Below are positions 55,197 to 64,000 of a stretch of DNA of 64,000 nucleotides, piece by piece. The position numbers and the translations under genes were made by a program. The notes under the pieces were generated by a model. It was not told the DNA's origin. It made no database searches and was given only the letters and a program-made list of their open reading frames with translations. Numbering within the stretch: the first letter of the stretch is position 1; every line of letters starts with the position of its first letter. The DNA lies in assembly GCA_034520965.1 (NCBI GenBank), contig JAXHMY010000003.1, positions 480,001-544,000 of the forward strand, written 5' to 3'. The DNA is from Spirochaetia bacterium (GTDB taxonomy: Bacteria > Spirochaetota > Spirochaetia > DSM-16054 > Sediminispirochaetaceae).

Positions 55197-56039
55197 CTAT
55201 AGTTCTTTAATTCTCTTTTCAACCTCATCAATAACCCAATCGGGAGTCGAAGCCCCGGCTGTAATTCCTATACTATCAAAGCCGGAAATCTCGTACGGTA
55301 CTTCTTCGCAACTTTCAATGTGCCAGGCAGGTCTGCCGGTTTCGACCGCAAGATCGTACAAACGCTTCGTATTTGAACTGTTTTTCCCACCGATCACCAA
55401 AATCGCTTCTACTTCGCGAGCCAAATTTTTAAGAGCAGCTTGCCGCTCCTGAGTAGCAGGGCAAATGCTCTGAACAATTGTGATGTTTTTATTTTTCTGT
55501 AGCAGTACCTCGCATACCGCATCGTATTCTCGCTGCGAAACGGTGGTCTGTGCAATAACCAAAGATTCATCCGGCACATCGATCTGTGCAGCCTGTTCTC
55601 TGTTTTCTACCACCGTAACTTCATCACTGTAACTTGCAACTGCCTGTACCTCGCCATGGTCGGCATCTCCCACCAAAATCACGTGACAGCCTGCTTGACA
55701 GTACTGTTCAACCAGCTTCATCGAGCGGAGTACCCTAGGACAGGTACCATCAACAATTGAAGCACCATGATCCTTTAACTTTCCATATATTTCCTGCGGC
55801 ACCCCATGTGCGCGAATCACTACTGTTCCCCCATCGACCTCATCGGGAGTATTGACCTGGCCAACCCCCCTTGCGGCCAATTTTTCAATAGCCTGCGCAT
55901 TATGAATCAATGGTCCGTAAGTAGTTACAGTATCATGTTCACCAGCGCGATCTGCCGCCAGTTCTACTTTATTCATTGCTGCTCGAACTCCCATACAGAA
56001 CCCAAGCACTTTGGCTCTTTTCACTCTCTTCGCTTTCAT
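55197..56039 (-). CDS. ispH: 4-hydroxy-3-methylbut-2-enyl diphosphate reductase
   Basis: GFCMGVRAA, GPLIHN, IRAHG, DGTCPRV, AQTT, ICPATQERQ, GGKNSSNT, GITAGASTP. Confidence 0.96.
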   Translation of the reverse strand: MKAKRVKRAKVLGFCMGVRAAMNKVELAADRAGEHDTVTTYGPLIHNAQAIEKLAARGVGQVNTPDEVDGGTVVIRAHGVPQEIYGKLKDHGASIVDGTCPRVLRSMKLVEQYCQAGCHVILVGDADHGEVQAVASYSDEVTVVENREQAAQIDVPDESLVIAQTTVSQREYDAVCEVLLQKNKNITIVQSICPATQERQAALKNLAREVEAILVIGGKNSSNTKRLYDLAVETGRPAWHIESCEEVPYEISGFDSIGITAGASTPDWVIDEVEKRIKEL

Positions 56040-56057
56040 TAGAATAAGTATACTAAT

Positions 56058-56098
56058 AAAAAAGCGACCTTTCCACCCAAAGGTGTAGGTCGCTTTTT
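56058..56098. terminator. Intrinsic terminator after secF
   Basis: AAAAAAGCGACCT...AGGTCGCTTTTT. Confidence 0.75.
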
Positions 56099-56171
56099 AT
56101 TTGAAACTTCGCCGCGGGATATAATTGTTGAATAACCCGGGTTGTACTTTATGTACTTAGCTACTTACTAT

Positions 56172-57530
56172 TTATTTCTTCTTTCGTTTTTTACGCTTGC
56201 CCTTCTGCTTGCGCTCTGCTGAAGGTATTTCGATATCCTCGCTCTTTACAGCTTTTTCAACTGGCGCAGACTCTCCCTTAGCGGGAACAGCCTTCTCTTC
56301 GATCTCGGCTTTAGTTGCTTTAGGAGCCAGGCCGCGTTTTAGACGCTGCCTTTTTTCACGGCTGCGGCGCCATCCTAACAGCATTGGAGATGCCACGAAT
56401 ACAGATGAGTAGGTACCGACAATAATACCAACAATCAGGTTGAGGGCAAAATCTTTAATAGCACCGGTACCGAAGGTGTAGAGCGCTGTAACTGCCAACA
56501 AAGTAGTCAATGAGGTGATCAAAGTTCGACTCAAAGACTGGGTGATACTGGTATTGATAATATCTTCTATATCGCGCCCCTGCAGCAGTCCTTCATTCTC
56601 ACGTATTCGGTCAAAGATTACGATCGTATCGTTCAAAGAGTAACCTATAATAGTCAGAACTGCAGCAATCGTAGTAGTTGAAACCTCCAGCTGCGTCGCA
56701 CCAATAAACCCTAGCATAACCACCACATCGTGGGTCAGGGCAACAATAGCAGAGATTGCATAGCCGAACTGAAAGCGAAACCAAATATAAATAAGAATCA
56801 GCACCAGAGCCATAAGTGTTAAGCTGAATGACTGTTGGGCCAGGGTTTGCGAGAAACGTGGACCCACGTATTCCGAACTCTTAATCACCACTGAACCATC
56901 ACCAAAGGACTCTTCGAGCAGCCTACGAATATCAGTTTCCAACTGGTCTTTTTTATCTCCGGTTGGATCCTCGACCCGCACCAGATATTCCTGATGGAAG
57001 GCTGTACCTACCACCTGTACCTGCGGGTTATCAAGACTACCCAGCGCATTTCTTATTTGTTCAATTTGCAAATAATTATCAGGATCATCATTACGCAGGT
57101 TCACCTTAACCGGAGACTCGCCTAGCTCCTGAGGGTATCTGAGTCCAGTTACAATCAGAGAACTATCAAGAGTTTGATCTGCGGTCAGGTCAGTGCTTAT
57201 GTTCTCAAGCCCATCCAGTGCTCCGGTTAAGTTTCGCAAGGTTTCGTGTTGACTAAAAGGGAGCTCGTAGGTATCTACCCCCTCTTCGCCGCGAACCTCA
57301 ACCACCATCGTTTCACCCTGGACGTTCAGAGTAGCATCGTCCTCGCCCGTATAACTAACGGTAAATCCGACTGGAGCAACCTGTACTCGCTGATTCAGTC
57401 CGGCCTGAAAATCAATTCCCAGGTTAAATCCGCCCTGGCCGGCGGTAGCGGCAATTCCTGCTATGATTACCACAACAGAAACAGCTATCATATAATACCG
57501 AAGTTTAGTAAATCTTATCATCTTGGTCAT
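56172..57530 (-). CDS. secF: Protein translocase subunit SecF
   Basis: GIDFQAG, VGP, ALTHDV, LTIIGYSLNDTIVIFDRIREN, GTYSSVFVA. Confidence 0.96.
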   Translation of the reverse strand: MTKMIRFTKLRYYMIAVSVVVIIAGIAATAGQGGFNLGIDFQAGLNQRVQVAPVGFTVSYTGEDDATLNVQGETMVVEVRGEEGVDTYELPFSQHETLRNLTGALDGLENISTDLTADQTLDSSLIVTGLRYPQELGESPVKVNLRNDDPDNYLQIEQIRNALGSLDNPQVQVVGTAFHQEYLVRVEDPTGDKKDQLETDIRRLLEESFGDGSVVIKSSEYVGPRFSQTLAQQSFSLTLMALVLILIYIWFRFQFGYAISAIVALTHDVVVMLGFIGATQLEVSTTTIAAVLTIIGYSLNDTIVIFDRIRENEGLLQGRDIEDIINTSITQSLSRTLITSLTTLLAVTALYTFGTGAIKDFALNLIVGIIVGTYSSVFVASPMLLGWRRSREKRQRLKRGLAPKATKAEIEEKAVPAKGESAPVEKAVKSEDIEIPSAERKQKGKRKKRKKK

Positions 57531-59254
57531 CGAACCCTCCAGCCTATACTCAGTTTCTTCGCATTTAACTGCTCGACACCAAAATCAAACACCAGCCGCG
57601 ATACAAACAGGGCGGTAAACATCGAACTTACGATACCTACAGCAAGGGTATTGGCAAATCCCTGCACCGGACCTGAACCCAACTGGGAAAGTACCAGAGC
57701 TGCAATAAAGGTAGTAATGTTGGCATCCATGATGGTCCAGAAGGCCTTCCGGAAACCTGCTTTTACCGAAGCATCAGGAGTTTTTCCTAAGCGATACTCC
57801 TCTTTGATGCGTTCAAATATAATAACGTTTGCATCCACCGCCATACCAACCGTTAAAATAATACCGGCAATACTGGTGAGAGTCAGCGTCAAATTAAACG
57901 CCGATAGAATAGCAACAATAAAAACAAGGTTTAGAATCAATGCAAGGTCGGCAATCACACCTGCGAGCTTATAATAGATAACCATGAAAATAATTACCAA
58001 GATAAACCCAAGGCTTATCGCCTGCAGTCCCTGACGTACCGAATCTTCACCCAGAGATGCACCAACTGCCTGTTGATTGTTCACCTTTAAGTCAACCGGT
58101 AATGCGGCGGTCCGCAGAACCAGTGCAAGGTCATTTGCCTCGTCTCGGTCAAAACCGGTCATCTGAACACGATCACGAATAGGCTCAGAAATTCGTGCCA
58201 TGGATTTTACTTTATCATCCAGCAGAATCGCCATAGTTTCGCCCTGGTTAGCTGAGGTGAGCTTATAGAAAATCTCGCCTCCCTCACGATCCATAGAAAA
58301 GTTAATCACCGGCTTGCTGGTAATTGGGTGTTGCCCAACAGTAGCGTTCTGAATGTGCGATCCATCAAGTCCAACTTCTTCGCGAACTACCACATAACGC
58401 TGTAGTTTATCGATTCCGTATTGGTCTTTGGTATAATAACCGCGGATCACCAAACCTGCCGGCACAAAATCCGGCCTTCGTATTTGGCCTCTCTCCGTAT
58501 AGACCTTAGTTGGATTTTCGACAAAGTAACTTGATACTTGCTCGCTCATCTCCTGATCTACAATGTGAAAGTTAAGAGAACCTTTGCCCATTAGAAATGA
58601 GTTTACCCGTTCAGGGTCGGCAGCACCGGGTATATTTACCGCAATCTGATTCTGCCCCTGACGGCGGATCTCAGGCTCGGTCACACCGAACTTATCAATT
58701 CGGTTATTGAGGATTTCCATCGCCCGGTTGACGGCTTGTTCCTGGTCCTGGCTTGTTGGTTCACGATCCAGCCGTTCTTCCAAACTGTCAAGGTCAGCTT
58801 CGAGTAAAATGCGCATACCCCCGGAAAGATCCAGACCGAGCTGCATTACGCTGTTGCTCTGTTCCTTTAATTCTATCAAAGTTTTACGATGATAGGCTTC
58901 CAATGCGTCAAAAGCTTCCGACTCGCTGTCGAAAGCAGCTAAGATAGTCTGCACCGTCCAATTATCGGGCAGGTCTCGACCGTCCATTTTGTACCGCTCT
59001 TCTGCGGTCTCGATTAAGTGTTGATTGTCTGTAGGAATAGTCTGGTTAGGATCTTCTTCTACCAGTTCTTTTAACTGCTCAAGTTCTTTGGCAGCCTGCC
59101 CGCGGGCATACTCCCGTATCTGGATTTTTGATCCGGCGGCAAGTTCCTTTTTCTCTTCCGGTACCATAAAGTACCACTCAAAAGTGGGATAGAGAAAAAT
59201 TCCGCTTACAACAAGCACCAGAATAATAACCAGTAACCGTCCACGTTTGCTCAT
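57527..59254 (-). CDS. secD: Protein translocase subunit SecD
   Basis: LGLDLSGG, RIDKFGVTEP, VGASLG, GMAVDANVIIFERIKEE, IMDANITT. Confidence 0.97.
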   Translation of the reverse strand: MSKRGRLLVIILVLVVSGIFLYPTFEWYFMVPEEKKELAAGSKIQIREYARGQAAKELEQLKELVEEDPNQTIPTDNQHLIETAEERYKMDGRDLPDNWTVQTILAAFDSESEAFDALEAYHRKTLIELKEQSNSVMQLGLDLSGGMRILLEADLDSLEERLDREPTSQDQEQAVNRAMEILNNRIDKFGVTEPEIRRQGQNQIAVNIPGAADPERVNSFLMGKGSLNFHIVDQEMSEQVSSYFVENPTKVYTERGQIRRPDFVPAGLVIRGYYTKDQYGIDKLQRYVVVREEVGLDGSHIQNATVGQHPITSKPVINFSMDREGGEIFYKLTSANQGETMAILLDDKVKSMARISEPIRDRVQMTGFDRDEANDLALVLRTAALPVDLKVNNQQAVGASLGEDSVRQGLQAISLGFILVIIFMVIYYKLAGVIADLALILNLVFIVAILSAFNLTLTLTSIAGIILTVGMAVDANVIIFERIKEEYRLGKTPDASVKAGFRKAFWTIMDANITTFIAALVLSQLGSGPVQGFANTLAVGIVSSMFTALFVSRLVFDFGVEQLNAKKLSIGWRVR

Positions 59255-59305
59255 AGGTTAACTCCGACTGTGGGTTTGTTCAGTAATTGTACTTGTAATT
59301 GTTAG

Positions 59306-59704
59306 TTACTCTTTTTCATCAATGGCTTCAGTTTCTTCTGAATCCTCAATTTCTTCTTCTTTTGCCTGTTTCTTGTCCAACACGGAAGCAACTGCGTTCT
59401 TTGAAAACTCAATCTTGGAGTTTTCATCGACTTTCACAACCACAGTCTGTTCTTTCACGGACGTAACTGTTCCGCGAATCCCGCCGATGGTAGCAACCTT
59501 ATCGCCCTTTTTGAGCGCGGCTATCATCTTCTGTGTCTGTTTTTGCTTCTTGTTCTGAGGACGAATAATCAGAAAATAGAAGATAAGAATTACCAGTCCA
59601 AATGTAACAAATGTCGTCATCATTTGTCCGGATGCACTACCACCAGCTGCACCGCCCTGCGGTGCACCCATCAATATAGGTACATGTGCTAATAGGTTTA
59701 TCAT
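59306..59704 (-). CDS. yajC: Preprotein translocase subunit YajC
   Basis: FYFLIIRPQNKKQK, LKKGDKVATIGGIRG; start approximate. Confidence 0.93.
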   Translation of the reverse strand: MINLLAHVPILMGAPQGGAAGGSASGQMMTTFVTFGLVILIFYFLIIRPQNKKQKQTQKMIAALKKGDKVATIGGIRGTVTSVKEQTVVVKVDENSKIEFSKNAVASVLDKKQAKEEEIEDSEETEAIDEKE

Positions 59705-59797
59705 TTTTAACAATCCTCTCCATAATAGTTTTTGGGAAGTTGGAAAAACGTACCACGGATACTAGGCATAGTCAAGGAGTCCGTGTACGTACTTAAA

Positions 59798-60094
59798 TTA
59801 CAAGACTTTAATCTTTTCTATTTCTTCAGGTACTTCAAATACACCCAGCATTCGCTTCATATCATTTACAGATTCCAGCTTGGCTCCACTCTTCTGGTTA
59901 TATTTTTCGACTACCTGCTGCATCTGCTCTTCACTCTGTGCATACAACGCAGAGCAAAATGCTGCCCGCCAGAGACCCCTTTCAGCCAACTCTTCTGTTG
60001 AAAGCTTACTAAAATCCTTCCGCGCGCGACTGTCTATCAAAGCAGTATCGCCCTGATACCCGATTGTAAAAACAAAATCATCTCGCTTCATCAT
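59798..60094 (-). CDS. Hypothetical protein
   Basis: AAAGGAGG RBS before MMKRDDFVFTIGYQG; about 98 aa of globular-looking sequence. Confidence 0.7.
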   Translation of the reverse strand: MMKRDDFVFTIGYQGDTALIDSRARKDFSKLSTEELAERGLWRAAFCSALYAQSEEQMQQVVEKYNQKSGAKLESVNDMKRMLGVFEVPEEIEKIKVL

Positions 60095-60138
60095 TCCTCC
60101 TTTCTGCCCAGAATAGTAGCACCATAATAATAGTAACA

Positions 60139-60179
60139 CAAAAAAAGGGCTTGGTGCAGTACTGCTGCACGCAAGCCCC
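60139..60179 (-). terminator. Intrinsic terminator after groEL
   Basis: GGGCTTG-C-GTGCAG-cagta-CTGCAC-CAAGCCC-TTTTTTT on the minus strand. Confidence 0.8.
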
Positions 60180-60233
60180 ACTTATTTACTACACGCTAAA
60201 TATATTATATATGCTGCGTGGGAGAAATGCGGC

Positions 60234-61916
<1,683 letters not shown>

Positions 61917-62041
61917 TTAATTTGTGTTTTAACTTTCTTTTGAGTGGATTACACTATAAATCTAAAGACAAAATACTAATCTTTTAGCCAATCATCAACT
62001 GTTAAATTAATTTTTTTTATTGTCATGCTTCCTCACCCCTT

Positions 62042-62623
62042 CTATTCGGTCTGGGGCTCACCCTTCAATCCAATCTCATCAGCCACATCTCGCATTCCCA
62101 TAATGGTATCGGAAATTAACTCCGTCAGCTCGACCCCTAGGTAATCCACACCGCTTTGTATCAAATCGCGGTCGACCGCTGCAGAAAAGCCTTTATCTTT
62201 CCATTTCTTTTTTACAGATTTTGCCTTGGTATCCAGAACACTCTTCGAAGGACGCACAAGGGCAGTAGCGGTTACCAATCCGGTCAGTTCATCAATAGCA
62301 AAGAGGGACTTTTCCATAAGTGATTGAGGTTCAATATCGTTTACCCGGCTGTAGCCGTGGCTCTGAACCGCTCGGATATACTCTTCCGGCCATCCTCGCT
62401 CTTCGAGAATATCCCTGACCTTCGTACAATGCTGATCTGGGTACTGCTGGTAATCGACATCGTGGATCAGTCCGACCACCCCCCATTTCTCCTCATCTTC
62501 TCCGTGCTTACGGGCTAAGTATCGCATCACTCCTTCGACTGCCAGACAGTGTTTGATTAAATTATCCGATTGAATATACTCATTTAACAAATTCCATGCG
62601 TCATCTCGGGTTGGTTTATCCAT
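62042..62623 (-). CDS. HD-superfamily (HDIG-like) metal-dependent hydrolase
   Basis: LIKHCLAVEGVMR, GLIHDVD, DELTGL..A.ALVRP, KKKWKDKGF. Confidence 0.88.
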   Translation of the reverse strand: MDKPTRDDAWNLLNEYIQSDNLIKHCLAVEGVMRYLARKHGEDEEKWGVVGLIHDVDYQQYPDQHCTKVRDILEERGWPEEYIRAVQSHGYSRVNDIEPQSLMEKSLFAIDELTGLVTATALVRPSKSVLDTKAKSVKKKWKDKGFSAAVDRDLIQSGVDYLGVELTELISDTIMGMRDVADEIGLKGEPQTE

Positions 62624-62634
62624 GTAGCTACTCC

Positions 62635-63363
62635 TTATTCTCCGCTATATAGTGAATGTATTTTCCCACTTTTTTGCAACAACCGCAACTCCCCCGACTC
62701 CCCAATGCCGGTTATAATACCGCTCACTTGGCGGCCGGAGTGGGGATCGCCCTCTACTAGAGATACTTCTTCATCCAGCTGGTAAAGCCACGGCCGAACC
62801 AGTATGGGCAGCTGCACCACCATAAGAAGCTTATCCAATTCCAACAGCAATCCCGGCAGCAGTTCCACCGGCTCCGGGCGTACTCCACCCTCTAAAAAAA
62901 TGGAAGTGGCCGGTTTACGCAGTTCGGAGGAAAACCAATCCTGCAGCACATTCAAACCAATTCCCACGTATACATACTCGGAAGTGCTTTCGCAGAGGAT
63001 ACCGCATATCTTCTTCCCCTCTACCAGCACATCGTTCGGCCACTTTATCAGAGATCTGAACTGAAACTCCTGTTTGAGGAGTCTACTTACCGCCAGGGCT
63101 GTCCGAATCGGTAGTGAGGAGACGGGGGCTTTCATATTCTCCCTCTTAAAAACTATGGTGCATAACAGCCCTTCATTCTGCCCTGCCTGCCACTCACGTC
63201 CACTGCCGCGCCCTCGCCCGGCACTTTGTCGTCCTGCAGTTATCACCAGCCCATGTTCCGGAGAATCTTCAAACTCACTGCGGGCCACCTGCATTGTTGA
63301 ATCTACCTCTGAAAGATAAAAAATGGATGCTCCGAAAGGATTGGGCAGGTGAAGTTGTTTCAT
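62635..63363 (-). CDS. birA: Biotin--[acetyl-CoA-carboxylase] ligase (no HTH domain)
   Basis: VDSTM, QSAGRGR, IKWPNDV, KKICGILCE, GIGLNV. Confidence 0.92.
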   Translation of the reverse strand: MKQLHLPNPFGASIFYLSEVDSTMQVARSEFEDSPEHGLVITAGRQSAGRGRGSGREWQAGQNEGLLCTIVFKRENMKAPVSSLPIRTALAVSRLLKQEFQFRSLIKWPNDVLVEGKKICGILCESTSEYVYVGIGLNVLQDWFSSELRKPATSIFLEGGVRPEPVELLPGLLLELDKLLMVVQLPILVRPWLYQLDEEVSLVEGDPHSGRQVSGIITGIGESGELRLLQKSGKIHSLYSGE

Positions 63364-63458
63364 AAGAAAATATTAAAACAGTTTTACGATGAAAACGCAA
63401 CTTTACATAGGTATTAATTAAAAAAAGAGTGTTCACATCTTGAAATTATCACCTCATA

Positions 63459-63497
63459 AGTGTAAATTTATTCAAAATATGAGTATAAATATACAAA
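63459..63497 (+). promoter_or_regulatory. Tandem ARG boxes (ArgR autoregulation)
   Basis: agTGTAAATTTATTCAaa (63459-63476) and tgAGTATAAATATACAaa (63480-63497): two 18-bp boxes separated by 3 bp, resembling TGnATwwwwATnCA. Confidence 0.75.
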
Positions 63498-63522
63498 TTG
63501 AAATTTTTACAGGATACCTATA

Positions 63523-63993
63523 ATGAAAGATAGATCCGAACGTCTAAAGAAGATCAAAGAACTCATTCGTAATCACCGTATTGAAAGCCAGGAATCCTTG
63601 CTTTCACTTTTGGAGAAGGAACATTTCAATGTGACTCAGGCTACTCTCTCCAGAGACCTTAAGTACCTGCGGGTGAGTAAAATTTCCGACGGCTGGTCGG
63701 GCTATTACTACTCCCTGCCAACCGATGAAAGCCCCCCGAAGGCTGAACAGGGCTACATCCAGGATGCCCGCCGAGGAATCGTTGCACTGGAGTTTTCCTA
63801 TAACTTTGGAGTCATAAAAACATTGCCTGGGCATGCCGACAGCGTGGCCCTGGCACTCGATAAGCTGAACCTGCCGGAAATATTGGGCACAGTTGCCGGG
63901 GACGACACCATTTTCGTAATTCTGCGGGAAGGGATGACTAAAGAGGATTTAACAACCTCTTTTCAGTCAAAAATTCCTGAAGTAGATACATAA
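63523..63993 (+). CDS. argR: Arginine repressor
   Basis: VTQATLSRDL, IKTLPGHA, ILGTVAGDDTIFV. Confidence 0.97.
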   Translation: MKDRSERLKKIKELIRNHRIESQESLLSLLEKEHFNVTQATLSRDLKYLRVSKISDGWSGYYYSLPTDESPPKAEQGYIQDARRGIVALEFSYNFGVIKTLPGHADSVALALDKLNLPEILGTVAGDDTIFVILREGMTKEDLTTSFQSKIPEVDT

Positions 63994-64000
63994 TTATTCT

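Overview
Chromosomal window from a bacterium that is most likely a free-living spirochaete (inferred from the 16S 5' sequence, a tRNA-Ala-only 16S-23S spacer, groEL without adjacent groES, and spirochaete-style hypothetical proteins). Housekeeping content: gatA-gatB-aspS, asnA, carbamate kinase, a cobalamin-riboswitch-controlled ABC importer, a complete minus-strand rRNA operon (16S, tRNA-Ala, 23S, 5S) with tandem promoters, xth, a TRAP/TAXI transporter, fbaB, a SWIM-SNF2 helicase, ispH, yajC-secD-secF, groEL, birA, and argR with tandem ARG boxes. Osmostress genes (EctR/CosR-like MarR, ProV/OpuCA-like ATPase, BCCT plus USP) suggest a saline habitat. Several tracts (about 15.9-17.0 kb, 38.6-44.6 kb, 53.5-53.8 kb) contain many frameshifts that look like consensus sequencing errors. 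The most notable signals not explained by the ORF track are: (1) a candidate small RNA with its own promoter and terminator at about 25625-25770; (2) a 142-bp MITE-like cassette of three perfect palindromes flanked by a 9-bp direct repeat at 48785-48944; (3) two tandem structured repeats with covarying inner stems just downstream of the 5S rRNA; (4) a 1302-bp IS with 26-bp terminal inverted repeats inserted between two convergent stop codons; (5) an uncharacterised operon of a TolB-N/CsgG-like membrane-repeat protein plus two paralogous lipoproteins. No CRISPR array or prophage was seen. All family assignments are from motif recognition by eye, not database searches.
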